A stretch of 64,000 bases of DNA from an uncultured delta proteobacterium (GTDB lineage: Bacteria > Myxococcota_A > UBA9160 > SZUA-336). Each line of letters opens with the position of its first letter. Within the stretch, counting starts at the first letter, position 1. Where the stretch lies: positions 500,607 to 564,606 of the forward strand of contig CAVPHD010000001.1 in the NCBI GenBank assembly GCA_963704165.1, in the 5' to 3' direction. The notes under the pieces are model-generated. The model was not told where the DNA came from and made no database searches. It saw nothing but the letters and a program-made list of their open reading frames with translations. The position numbers and the translations under genes are program-made. Of the stretch, positions 1-9,630 are shown piece after piece.

Positions 1-1290
1 ATCGCCTCGGCGACGCACTCGAAGAGCGGCTCGACCTGACCGACCTCGAGACACGAGAACGCGACACGAATGTCGGTCCGGCCCATCGAGATCACGCCAA
101 CGCCGTACTTCTCGAGCAAGTGGAGGCGCAGCTTCTCGGCGTCGACGCCCTTCACGCGAATGCACATGAAGTAACCCGCGTTGAACGGGTAGACGTCCCA
201 GAGCGGCCGGTACTTGTCTCGGTATACGACCTCGCGCACGCGCGTGGCACGCGCGCGCAGGATCTCGAGCTTCTCGTGGCGCTCTGCGTCGATGGTGCTC
301 GAGCGCAGTGCCGACAAGACGATGCTCTGCGAGAGCGCCGCAGTGTTCGAGATCGACGCGCGGATCGCGCCCATCAGCTTGCGTTCGAGCGCGCCGAGCA
401 AGACCGTGGCGTTTCCGACGGGTGGTGGTGCGATCGTCAGGAATCCACAGCGCAGGCCCCAGACGAAGAGCTCCTTCGTCGCACCGTCGAGCTTGATCGT
501 CAGGACGTTCTCGTGAAGGTTCGAAAGCCAGCCAAACGGCGACTCCCGGATCGCGTCGTCGTCGAAGAGCAGGCCGAAGTAGGCGTCGTCGCAGACCACG
601 ACCAGCTTCTTGCCCGCGCGCGCCGCGTCGAGCACCGCATCGCGCATCTCTCCGACCTCGGCGGCGGTCGGCATGTAGCCCGTCGGGTTGTTCGGGAAGT
701 TCAAGACGAGCAGCTGCTTCGCCGGTCCGGCCAGCAGCGCGGCGCGCATGGCGGGGACGTTGAATCGCTCGCCGTCGTAGGTTGCAAACGTCTCGATCGA
801 CGCCGCCCAGGCGCGTCTCGAAGTTCAGCGCGTAGTTGTCCCAGAGCATGTCCGGAATCAGCACGCGGTCGCCCGGATCGACGAAGAGATCGCCGACCAG
901 CGAGAGACCATGCGTGATCGCGTGCGTCACGATCGGCAGACCGAAGCTGCGCTCGCGCAGCGTCGGGTTCTCGGCCAGGAGCTTCTTGCGCCACGCTTCT
1001 CGCAGGTCCGCGCGGCCCTGCGCGGGCGCGTAGCGCAGGGCATCGGCGGGAGAGATGTCCTTCAGGTGCGCGATCACCGACGCCAGCACCATCGGGCCGC
1101 CACCCTCGGTCGCCTCGCCGATCGTCGCGTTGAAGCGATTCGCCTTCTCTTTCGCCTCGGCCGACTGCGAAAGGATGCCCTTCGGAAAGTACAGCTCGCG
1201 ACCGCGCTGCGAGAGCAGTTCGTAGGTCGCACGGCTCTCGGCGCGGATCTTCTGGTTCAGCTCTTCTGCGATCGGGTGCACGCGCCGCAC
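1..1290 (-). pseudogene. PLP-dependent aminotransferase (class I/II fold). The 3' end lies beyond the window start. One +1 frame break near 795-800
   Basis: Absent from the ORF track because there is no stop inside the window. My reverse translation from GTG ~1290 reads VRRVHPIAEELNQKIRAESRATYELLSQRGRELYFPKGILSQSAEAKEKANRFNATIGEA...PDMLWDNYALNFETRLGGV. One base out of frame it continues IETFATYDGERFNVPAMRAAL...LVLNFPNNPTGYMPT...VVVCDDAYFGLLF...KLDGATKELFVWGLRCGF. The NPTG and K-x5-G-x-R-x-G motifs are aminotransferase hallmarks. Confidence 0.75.
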
Positions 1291-1313
1291 GTTAGCAGGT
1301 CGGGAAGTTCATT

Positions 1314-1775
1314 TTAAGAGATGCGCTCGAGGATGCGCGCGCGTTCGGCGAAACCGTGCCGTCCCCAGTACGCGAGAGCCTCGGTGTTGCTGCTCTCGAC
1401 GCGGACCGAAATTCTCGTGACTCCGCGGGAAGCGAAGAACGCGTCGCTCTCGGCGACGAGCCGTGCAGCCACGCCCCGCTCGCGGTGTCCTGGCTCGACG
1501 TAGAGCTCGTGGATCCACCCGGGAGCCGATTCCGGGTTCGGACCGACGCCGCGCTCGACCTCGGCGAACAGGAACCCCACCAATCGAGCCTCGCGCTCGG
1601 CGACGATCAGTCGGCAGCTTGGACTCGAAGCGGCGCGACGGATCTCACCTGCGATCATCGCAGCGATTCCGGGCATCGTCGGATAGCCCGGTGACAGGGC
1701 GCGGTGGTGATCGACCAGCCGGAGCCAGAGAGCGAGCACCCGCTCACGGTCACCGGGAACCGCGTCGCGCAGCAC
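1314..1775 (-). CDS. GNAT-family N-acetyltransferase (153 aa)
   Basis: Only the last 153 aa of track ORF 1314..2696 look like protein: VLRDAVPGDRERVLALW...LVGFLFAEVE...IHELYVEPGHRERGVAARLV...ALAYWGRHGF. An in-frame GTG lies at 1775. The upstream 300 aa are Arg/Gly-rich noise that overlaps the next gene. Confidence 0.8.
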   Translation of the reverse strand: MLRDAVPGDRERVLALWLRLVDHHRALSPGYPTMPGIAAMIAGEIRRAASSPSCRLIVAEREARLVGFLFAEVERGVGPNPESAPGWIHELYVEPGHRERGVAARLVAESDAFFASRGVTRISVRVESSNTEALAYWGRHGFAERARILERIS

Positions 1776-1795
1776 GAGCCTTGCGGCCGGCTGGT

Positions 1796-2455
1796 CTATT
1801 TCAGCACCCGGCGCTCCTTCGCACGAATCATGCGCAGGCTGCCCGCTTTGTCTCCCTCGCTCCAGGTTCCGCGCAACTCGTCCGGGGACGGTCGCTCCTC
1901 GATTTCGAAAACCGACGCCTCCTCCATGCCGCCCAACAGCGTGTCGCCGCCCGAGAGCGAATCGACGACGCTGACCCGCACGCGACCCGGTGACCACGTG
2001 ATCTCCCAGTTTCGCGCGAAGCTGACCGTTCCTCCGGCGCTGGATCCCTCTGGCGCGAGCGACTTCATGCCGGTCGCGATGCTTCCCTCGAGCTGCTTCG
2101 AGCGCATCGCGCGCGTCGAGACATCGACGTGCTTCATGAGCTCGGCGAGTACCAGACCCTCCGGCTGCCAGGGGCGGTGTCCGCGCATGTCTGCACGCCG
2201 GACCTCCTCGGTTCCCTCGTCGAAGAGCACGTACGGGTACTCGTCGACCTCGAGCTTGGTGTCCTGCTGGCGGATCGACCACGCGAAGTCCTTGAACTTC
2301 GTGATCGACTTGTCCTCGGACTTCGAATCCTTGTAGTGGAGCAGCAGGTACCATTCGCCGCTCAGGTCGAGATCCGAGAGGTCCTCGGCGAGCGCGAAGC
2401 GCGGTCCGGCAAGGAGCGCGCAAGCCATGAGCACGACGAGTCCAAATGAATGCAT
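1796..2455 (-). CDS. secreted hypothetical protein
   Basis: Track ORF 1796..2521, using the internal Met at 2455. It has a signal peptide, MHSFGLVVLMACALLAGPRFALA, followed by a mixed-charge globular sequence (EWYLLLHYKDSKSEDKSITKFKDFAWSIRQQD...). Confidence 0.6.
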   Translation of the reverse strand: MHSFGLVVLMACALLAGPRFALAEDLSDLDLSGEWYLLLHYKDSKSEDKSITKFKDFAWSIRQQDTKLEVDEYPYVLFDEGTEEVRRADMRGHRPWQPEGLVLAELMKHVDVSTRAMRSKQLEGSIATGMKSLAPEGSSAGGTVSFARNWEITWSPGRVRVSVVDSLSGGDTLLGGMEEASVFEIEERPSPDELRGTWSEGDKAGSLRMIRAKERRVLK

Positions 2456-2583
2456 AGGCAGCCAGTATAGCCACGTACGAGTTGTGGAATCCCGCCCCCT
2501 GAGGCGGGGGAGTGCCACCACGCTTGGTGTAGACTCGCACGCGATGGCGCGCGTCGGCGCAGTGCGCGCCCGAAGGCGGGGTT

Positions 2584-4536
2584 GTGGCTGCGATCTGGAT
2601 TGTATCTGAAGAATCAGCGCTCTCTACGACGCTGGCGCACCACGTCGATTCACTGGGAGGAGTCTGGCTCGGCGTGCCGGAACCTGCGGGCTTCAAGAGC
2701 GCTCCGCCGCCGGATCTACTGATCCTGTGCGGTGTCGCCGAGAGGTCGGACCGTCATGACGCGCTCGAGCGGCTCCTCGCGTTCGTGCGTCAGATTCCGC
2801 AGCGGCGCCGCGCCTCGGCGCCCGTGCTCTATCTGGCTCCGGACGGAGAGCCGGACGGCGGTCTCCACCTCGAGCGGCTCTTCGACGACCGCTGCTTCTC
2901 ACTTCTGCGGTTCCCCTTCGATCCCGACGAACTGACCGCTCGTGCCCGCGACTTGCTGCGCTCGAGCGAGCGGCCCGAGAGCCTGCGCGAGCGCGCGCGC
3001 AAGCTCTGGGTGACGCACGAGGTCGAACGGCTCTACGCGGGGCTCGACCTGCCCGAGCTGCGCCAGGCCGTCGATCCGCGCAACGCGCATCGCCCCGTGC
3101 TCCTGATCGGCGAACCCGGAACACGCCGCGCGCTGCTCGCGCGCTACGTGCACAATCTGGCAGAGCCGACGCGCGACGCGTTCGTGTCGATCGCGCTGCG
3201 CTCGATGGCGATCGGTGAGCTCGAGAGCGTGATCATGACGCGAACCACGAACCGGCGCGCGACGGCCTACCTCGATGGACTCGATGACGCCGCTCCGGCG
3301 CTACAGGACGAGCTGGCACATCTACTGGGAGCGAGCGGAGCCCTGGCGCTCGAACCGCTGCGCTGGATTGCCGCGGCTACCCGTGGAGGCGGCTTCGCCC
3401 GTCGCGCTTCGCGATCTCGGCTGGCTGCGCGTCGAGCTTCCTCCGCTCCGCGCACGCGCGCGACAAGGCCGCGCTGATCGACGCGGCCTTTCGCGCGTCA
3501 TCCGAGCGCCAGGGACGCGAACTCACGCTCGAGCCAGAGGCTCGGGAGCTCTTGGTCGAATACGGCTGGCCGGGAAATCTGCGCGAGCTCGATCGTGTTT
3601 CCGATGCGACCTGTGCGGCGGCATCGGGCACGAAGATCGGCGCGGCGGATCTGCAGATCTCGACTCACTCCCCATTTCACCCTCCGCCCTCGACATCGCC
3701 CGTGCCTGAGCCGCCGGCTTCGAGCGATGAGGAGCTGATGCTCGAGACCGTCGCCGAGCGCGACCTCGGGCGAAGACGAGCTCGATCCGGCTGAGCTGCT
3801 CGAGCTCGATGAGCTCGAACCCCTACGCGACACGGAGCCCGAACCCACGTCACCGCCCGAGCCTCGGGCCGCGGAGCCGTCGGACGTGCCGCTCGGCCTG
3901 TCGCCGCGTCAGCTCGTGATCCCGCTCGCTCAGTCCATCCGCGCGCCTCTGCGGGCATTTCGCACCTACGCGAACCTCGTCGAGCAACGGCCGGACGACG
4001 AGCACGTCCGGCGCGAGCTGCGGACCTTGGTCGAGCAGGATCTCGGCAGCCTCGAGGACACGCTGCAGCGTGTCGAGCGGTTCTCCCGGCTCGGCCCACC
4101 CGTGCTGCGGCCATTCGATCTCGCCGCAGCCCTCGGTGCCGAGCTCGACGCGCGTCAGAGCCAGGCGCGCGCGAAGTCCCTGGTCGTGCTCCGCGAGCTC
4201 GACTCGAGTGCGCCCCCGCTCGTCGCGGACGAGAGCCAACTCCGCCTCGCGATCCGCTCGCTGCTCGACCTCGCCCTCCGACTCGTGCCGGAGGGCGGCG
4301 ACCTGTATCTCGGCAGCGCTTGGCGGCCGAAGGATGAGGGGCTCGGCGCGGGTCATCGCATTCTGCTGCGCTTCCACAGCCCGGAGGACGTGCTGACCGG
4401 ACCTTCGGGTGAGACGGATGGCGACTATCTCGAGGTCGTGATCGCGCGCGACCTGTTCGCGCGTGCGGGAGGGAGCTTCGCGATCGACGCGAGCGGCGCG
4501 CAGGACAACGTGATTCTGGTCGAGTTGCCGGGCTGA
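2584..4536 (+). pseudogene. degenerate receiver / sigma-54-type AAA+ / histidine-kinase-like signalling protein, with three +1 frame breaks (~3385-3400, ~3447-3463, ~3766-3771)
   Basis: Track ORFs 2584..3477, 3275..3709 (middle part), 3552..3794 and 3886..4536 join into one protein: ...HRPVLLIGEPGTRRALLARYV...LRWIAAATR / PVALRDLGWLRVELPPLRAR / RDKAALIDAAF...LVEYGWPGNLRELDRV...ERDLG / EDELDPAELLELDE...LVIPLAQSIRAPLRAF...ADESQLRLAIRSLLDLALRL. GWPGNLREL is the enhancer-binding-protein signature. The catalytic residues look lost: Walker A is GTRR, there is no GAFTGA, and there is no H-box His. Confidence 0.65.
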
Positions 4537-4560
4537 CGCGCTCCGCTAGCGTCGCTGGGC

Positions 4561-5082
4561 TTGGGGCTCCGACCTCTCACGCGCAAAGTCGCTGCCGTAG
4601 TGACGTCTGCCGACGCAGATCTCGCGACGCTCGTCGTCCGCTACACGCCGCAGCGAGGGAGTCCATCCGAGATCGAGGATCGGATCTACCTCGGCCGCCC
4701 TGGCGAGGTCGCGGCCGTCTACGGAGTCGGCCGCTGGCTGCGCATCCTCCGCGCCGGACGCGTGCATGTACCGGGCGATCCCTACCAGATCTGCCACGAC
4801 CCCGAGCACGCGCTCACGCTCTTGCGACGCTGTATCGGTGCGAGCATCCATCTCATCGTCGCCCGCCGGCTCGAACGCTCGATCACGCTCTGGACCGACG
4901 CCGGTGTCGAGCACGTCGGCGCTGTGATGGACTTCGTCGAGGGGGTGGACGGTCTCTTGATTCGACGCCGTGGCGGTGGTCCGCTGATGCACGTCGCGCG
5001 AGAGAGCTTGATCCGCTTCGAGTCCGCGCTGATCGAACGCCTCGAAGTGATCTCCGTCGATCTGCCGCCGCGCAGCCGATGA
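4561..5082 (+). CDS. hypothetical protein (173 aa; TTG start uncertain)
   Basis: Track ORF 4561..5082. Third-position GC is high and the composition is non-repetitive (…IYLGRPGEVAAVYGVGRWLRILRAGRVHVPGDPYQICHDPEHAL…). I recognise no family. Confidence 0.45.
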   Translation: MGLRPLTRKVAAVVTSADADLATLVVRYTPQRGSPSEIEDRIYLGRPGEVAAVYGVGRWLRILRAGRVHVPGDPYQICHDPEHALTLLRRCIGASIHLIVARRLERSITLWTDAGVEHVGAVMDFVEGVDGLLIRRRGGGPLMHVARESLIRFESALIERLEVISVDLPPRSR

Positions 5083-5145
5083 GTCCGCCGGATGATTTCA
5101 CTTGCATGCGCGACGTGGGTCTGATTTAAGTTACGTGCGGGTCGC

Positions 5146-5210
5146 TGCTGCCCCGCGACGATCTGGATCTTCATCGGGGGGTGGAGGATCCGAGATTTCG
5201 CGGGGCAGCA
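5146..5210 (+). other. extended imperfect hairpin in the tatA leader / downstream of the 4561..5082 ORF
   Basis: tgctgccccgcga (5146-5158) is the exact reverse complement of tcgcggggcagca (5198-5210). Inner arms atctggatc / gatccgagat extend the stem with a bulge. No U-tract follows. Confidence 0.4.
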
Positions 5211-5292
5211 CCCCGCATCGAGCGTTCGCGCTACCCTTCGATTCGACTCCATCCCGCAGAACGTCGAGTGCAAGGAGTCCAGGGAGGCAAGA

Positions 5293-5547
5293 TTGTTCGG
5301 CATCGGCATGCCGGAGCTGCTCGTGATTCTGGTCGTCGCACTGCTCGTGCTCGGGCCGAAGCGTCTACCCGAGATGGCTCGCTCGCTCGGGCGCGGGATG
5401 GCCGAGTTCCGCCGTGCGTCGAACGAATTCACGCGCACACTCTCCGGATCGATCGAAGAGCCTCCGCCTCAACCGAAGAAGAGCGCGGGCGACGTCAAGA
5501 CCGCAGTCGAGCCCAGCGCTGCACCGAAACCGCGCGACGATGAGTGA
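5293..5547 (+). CDS. tatA: twin-arginine translocase subunit TatA/E
   Basis: [42 protein letters not shown]... is the canonical TatA N-terminus (TM helix plus amphipathic helix). TTG start. Confidence 0.9.
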   Translation: MFGIGMPELLVILVVALLVLGPKRLPEMARSLGRGMAEFRRASNEFTRTLSGSIEEPPPQPKKSAGDVKTAVEPSAAPKPRDDE

Positions 5548-6298
5548 CGAGCCGCGCCCCATCCTCGATCATCTCTCGGAGCTGCGGCGCCGGCTCTTCT
5601 GGATCATCGGCGCATGGTCGATCTGCTCGCTCGCCGCGAGCTTCTGGCCGAGGGAGCTCTTCGAGATCTTGATGGCGCCGGCCATCGACGCCGTTCGTTC
5701 CTCGGGACATACACTGATTGCTGTCGCCCCGAGCGAGCTCTTCATGACCTACCTGAAGACGATCCTGCTCTCGGGCTTCGCCCTGTCGATGCCGGTCACG
5801 CTCTGGCAGCTCTGGGCCTTCGTTGCGCCGGGCCTTTACGCCAACGAGCGGCGGCTCGCGCTCCCGTTCGTCGTCTCGACCAGCTCGCTGTTCTTGATCG
5901 GCTGCGCCTTCAGCTACTTCTTCGCGCTGCCGCTCATCTTCGGCTACTTCGTCTCGCTCGAAGCCGACTACGTACACACGAGCTGGACGACCCAGGCGGT
6001 CTTCAGCTCGGTTTCGAGCATGTACCTCGCCTTCGGCATCTCGTTCCAGCTCCCGATCGTGCTCGTCGCCCTGGCCTTGGCCGGCGTGGTCACGCCGAAG
6101 CAGCTCGCCTCGAACCGGAAGTACGCCGTCCTGGTGGGGTTCGTCGCCGCGGCGATCCTGACGCCGCCGGACGCGACCAGCCAGGTCATGCTCGCGGTCC
6201 CGCTCTGTCTGCTCTACGAGCTGTCGATCTGGATCTCGCGACTCCTCGTCCGCAAACCCAAGGAACAGCTCTTGCCCGTGGAGTCCCGGGAGTCCTGA
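5540..6298 (+). CDS. tatC: twin-arginine translocase subunit TatC
   Basis: Internal ATG at 5540 of track ORF 5414..6298, overlapping the tatA stop. Sequence: [23 protein letters not shown]...LMAP...[12 protein letters not shown]...[10 protein letters not shown]. It is a six-TM TatC pattern. Confidence 0.9.
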   Translation: MSDEPRPILDHLSELRRRLFWIIGAWSICSLAASFWPRELFEILMAPAIDAVRSSGHTLIAVAPSELFMTYLKTILLSGFALSMPVTLWQLWAFVAPGLYANERRLALPFVVSTSSLFLIGCAFSYFFALPLIFGYFVSLEADYVHTSWTTQAVFSSVSSMYLAFGISFQLPIVLVALALAGVVTPKQLASNRKYAVLVGFVAAAILTPPDATSQVMLAVPLCLLYELSIWISRLLVRKPKEQLLPVESRES

Positions 6299-6993
6299 TG
6301 CGCGCCGATCGAATTGAAGCGGTTCTGCTCGACATGGGCGGTGTCCTCCTTCCCGAGCTTCAGACCTACGAGCGGTCTGCGCGCAACCGCGCCTTCCTCA
6401 CCGCCCTCGGCGAGCAGGGCATCACCGACGCGGAGTCGTTCGTGCTCGAGCGCGCCAGGCGACTTCGCGAGGCCTACCGGGCGCTCGAGAAGGAGTGCCG
6501 GCAGCCCGACGTCGACGAGGTGCTCTCGGATTGCACCCCGGTCGTTCGAGGCTTGCTGCTGCGCGCATTTCAGGAGGAGGCCGCTCCCGCAGCCTACGCG
6601 CACGCGAGAGGCGTCGTCGCCGACCTCGCTCGCGACTACGCACTCGGCATCGTCTCGAACAACGCGATGCAGGGTGACTACCATGCACGGGTTTTGAAGC
6701 GCGCCGGAATCCTGCAACACATCGGTTGCGCGGTGTGGTCGGCGAACTTCGGACGACGCAAGCCCGATCCAGCGATGATCTTCCACGTGCTCGACTTCCT
6801 CGGTGTTCCGGTCGAGCGTGCGATCTTCGTCGGAGACAAGCTGCGCACGGACGTCGCCGCGGCGCGCGCCGCGGGTGTTCGATCGGTGTACATCCGAAAG
6901 CGCGGCGCAGCGTTCGCCTCACGGGAGCTCCGGCCGGACTTCACGATTTCCGACTTGCGCGCACTCCCCGCGCTACTGCGGCAGCTCGGCTAG
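6298..6993 (+). CDS. HAD-superfamily hydrolase
   Basis: C-terminal 231 aa of track ORF 5614..6993. ATG 6298 overlaps the tatC TGA (ATGA). HAD motifs are present: VLLDMGGVLL, GIVSNN, GRRKPDP, FVGDKLRTDV. Confidence 0.8.
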   Translation: MRADRIEAVLLDMGGVLLPELQTYERSARNRAFLTALGEQGITDAESFVLERARRLREAYRALEKECRQPDVDEVLSDCTPVVRGLLLRAFQEEAAPAAYAHARGVVADLARDYALGIVSNNAMQGDYHARVLKRAGILQHIGCAVWSANFGRRKPDPAMIFHVLDFLGVPVERAIFVGDKLRTDVAAARAAGVRSVYIRKRGAAFASRELRPDFTISDLRALPALLRQLG

Positions 6994-7937
6994 CCGAGCG
7001 AGAGCACGCGCTCGACGAAGTGCGCGCCGAATCGCTCCTCGTCCACCCTCGTCGCGCAGCGCATGGGAAACGTCCGTGCGCTGGCATCCGCGCGCTCGTG
7101 CGTGCGGAACACTCCGTTCTCGATCGTTGGCTCGATTTCGAGATCCTCGTAGCGGCAGAAGGAGTCGTCGTACACGCAGGCCAGCGTCAACGGGTCGTGC
7201 AGGAAGGCGGCGTTGTCCTCGGGCGGGGCTCCGTCCGGATCGAAGAGACGGCGCTGCACGGGAGTCCAGATCCGCACCGCCCTCGCCAGCGCGAGGTGGA
7301 TCCCGGCTCCCGTGCGTTCGATTCGCGCGACGTCGGCATCCCGGAGCCGGGTCCGCAGCGTCACGTCGGCGGTGATCAGCGTCGTCGGAATTCCCGACCG
7401 AAGCACCAGGAGCGAAGCGTGCGGGTCCGAGCACAGGTTGTAGTCGACGCCGTGCGGGAGTACGCGCCCGCGGTACGACACCTCGCGGAGATGCCCTCCC
7501 ATCACCGTGAGGCGGCCGATGCGCGAGGCGAAGTCGGGATCCAGCGCGAGAGCGACCGCCAGGTTGGTGAGCGGTCCGACGGCGACGATCTCGAGTCCCG
7601 GTCGCCGACGCGAGATCTCGATCAAGGCATCGACGGCGTGTGCATTCGCGAGCGGTGGATCGACGCCGGGCTCGAGAATTCCCTCACCCTCGTGACCGAA
7701 CCAATTGAAGCCGTCGCCGGCCAAGAGCGGGACTCGACAGCCCGCGAAGACCGGGATCTCCGTCCGCCCCGCCAGCTCGAGCAACCGCCGCGCGACGTGC
7801 GCGCGCAAGCGGACCTCGCGGCCGACGTTCGTTACGGCGAGGATCTCGAGTTCGGGTGAGGCGAGGGCGAGCGCCAGGCAGAGCGCGTCGTCGACGTCCG
7901 ACGCCATGTCGGTGTCGAGGACGATCGCGCGCCTCAT
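6990..7937 (-). CDS. nucleoside hydrolase (inosine/uridine-preferring, IUNH family)
   Basis: Met29 of track ORF 6990..8021: MRRAIVLDTDMASDVDDALCLALAL (DxDxxxDD fingerprint)...VAVGPLTNLA...MGG. The start ATG overlaps the stop of the upstream gene (ATGA). Confidence 0.85.
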   Translation of the reverse strand: MRRAIVLDTDMASDVDDALCLALALASPELEILAVTNVGREVRLRAHVARRLLELAGRTEIPVFAGCRVPLLAGDGFNWFGHEGEGILEPGVDPPLANAHAVDALIEISRRRPGLEIVAVGPLTNLAVALALDPDFASRIGRLTVMGGHLREVSYRGRVLPHGVDYNLCSDPHASLLVLRSGIPTTLITADVTLRTRLRDADVARIERTGAGIHLALARAVRIWTPVQRRLFDPDGAPPEDNAAFLHDPLTLACVYDDSFCRYEDLEIEPTIENGVFRTHERADASARTFPMRCATRVDEERFGAHFVERVLSLG

Positions 7938-9601
7938 TCGGCGTCGACCACCTGCAGTGTGAATGTGCTCGGCCCCACGCGAATCTCGAGCTTTCCGTTC
8001 GCGCACCGATCGACGCTGCATTCGAATTGACTTCCGGCGACGAGGATCGAGCAGGATCCCCGGTCGCTCGGAGCCGCATCGATCCGCCGTGTCGATCCGC
8101 CGTCGACGCTCACGTCGCAGATCGCGGCGCTGATGCGCTCGACCGATACCCGGTGCGCGTCGCTGCCGAGCGTCACCACGAGCTCACCGGATCGACCCTC
8201 GGCCAGCGTCGACGTCGCCGCGACCATCACCGCAACGGCTCTGGATTCCGATTCAGGGGAAGGGGCGGGCTTCTTCGCGAGGATCTCCGTCTCGACGAAG
8301 CCCGTGTCGTAGTTCCCGGACAGGAACGTCTCGTTCTCGAGCACACGCAGGTGAAACGGGATCGAGGTCTTGATGCCGCGAATCGCGAACTCGCCGAGCG
8401 CGCGCTTCATCCGAGCGATCGCCTCACCGCGATTCCGGCCCCAAGAGACGAGCTTCGAGATCATCGGATCGTAGTGGACGCTGATCTCCGCTCCGGAGGA
8501 GACACCGGAGTCGTGGCGAATCCCCGGTCCGCCCGGCGGCTCGAAGGCGAGGATCGCACCCGGCGATGGCAGGAAGTTCCGGTCCGGATCCTCAGCATAG
8601 ATGCGGCACTCGATCGCCCAGCCGTCGATCCCCACGTCCGCCTGCGAGAAGCCGATCGGCTCCCCCGCCGCGATCCGGATGCCGGCCTTCACGATGTCGA
8701 TGTTGGTGATCAGCTCGGTGACGGGGTGCTCGACCTGGACGCGCGTGTTCATCTCGAGGAAGTAGAACGCCTGCTTCTCGTCGACGAGAAACTCGACCGT
8801 GCCCGCGCCTTCGTAGCCGACGGCACGCGCGGCCACGACGGCGGCCTCGCCCATCCGCTCGCGAAGCCCTGGCGGAATCCGGTTCGCGGGCGCCTCCTCG
8901 ATCAGCTTCTGGTGACGGCGTTGGACGGAGCACTCCCGCTCGAACAAGTGGATCACGTTCCCGTGCGAGTCCCCGAGGATCTGGATCTCGATGTGGCGCG
9001 GGTGGGTGACGAGCTTCTCGATGTAGATCGCGCCGTCGCCGAAGCTCGACTGCGCTTCCGAGCGGGCCCGCGTGATCGAGGGCAGCAGCATTGCCTCGTC
9101 ACGTACGAGTCGCAGTCCCCGTCCGCCGCCGCCGGCCGAGGCCTTCACCATCACCGGCAAGCCGATCTTCCGCGCGAACTCGACCGCCTCGTCGTCCGAG
9201 AGTGTCTCGGTCGAGCCGGGCACGATCGGAACGCCCGCGGCCTGCATCAACCTGCGCGACGTCACCTTGTCGCCCATCGCGTCGATCGTCTCGGGCTTCG
9301 GGCCGATGAAGACGACTCCCGCATCGCGACACGCCTGCGCGAATCCGGCGTTCTCCGAGAGGAATCCGTAGCCGGGGTGGATGGCGTTCGCACCGCACTC
9401 GCGCGCGATCTCGATCATTCGCTCGCCGTTCAGATAGCTCTGCGAAGCCGGTGCGGGACCACACGGATACGCCTCGTCGGCGTGGCGGACGTGAAGCGCG
9501 GAACGATCGACTTCGGAGAACACCGCGACCGATCGGATGCCGAGCTCACGACACGCGCGCATGACGCGCACCGCGATCTCTCCGCGGTTGGCGATCAGCA
9601 C
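7934..9601 (-). CDS. accC: biotin carboxylase (ATP-grasp, AccC type) with a ~100-aa C-terminal extension and no biotinyl-lysine motif
   Basis: (V)LIANRGEIAVRVMRACRELGI...HPGYGFLSEN...KASAGGGGRGLRLV...RECSVQRRHQKLIEEAP...EMNTRVQVEHPVTE. The tail (...SVDGGSTRRIDA...LEIRVGPSTFTLQVVDAE) contains no (A/V)MKM. Confidence 0.85.
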   Translation of the reverse strand: MLIANRGEIAVRVMRACRELGIRSVAVFSEVDRSALHVRHADEAYPCGPAPASQSYLNGERMIEIARECGANAIHPGYGFLSENAGFAQACRDAGVVFIGPKPETIDAMGDKVTSRRLMQAAGVPIVPGSTETLSDDEAVEFARKIGLPVMVKASAGGGGRGLRLVRDEAMLLPSITRARSEAQSSFGDGAIYIEKLVTHPRHIEIQILGDSHGNVIHLFERECSVQRRHQKLIEEAPANRIPPGLRERMGEAAVVAARAVGYEGAGTVEFLVDEKQAFYFLEMNTRVQVEHPVTELITNIDIVKAGIRIAAGEPIGFSQADVGIDGWAIECRIYAEDPDRNFLPSPGAILAFEPPGGPGIRHDSGVSSGAEISVHYDPMISKLVSWGRNRGEAIARMKRALGEFAIRGIKTSIPFHLRVLENETFLSGNYDTGFVETEILAKKPAPSPESESRAVAVMVAATSTLAEGRSGELVVTLGSDAHRVSVERISAAICDVSVDGGSTRRIDAAPSDRGSCSILVAGSQFECSVDRCANGKLEIRVGPSTFTLQVVDAE

Positions 9602-9630
9602 CTTCTCGAACGCCGGCTTCGGCGGCAGGC

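Noticed and set aside
1314-2696. 460-aa ORF treated as a single gene.
   Set aside because: Only the last 153 aa (GNAT) look like protein. The remainder overlaps the well-formed secreted-protein gene 1796..2455 in another frame.
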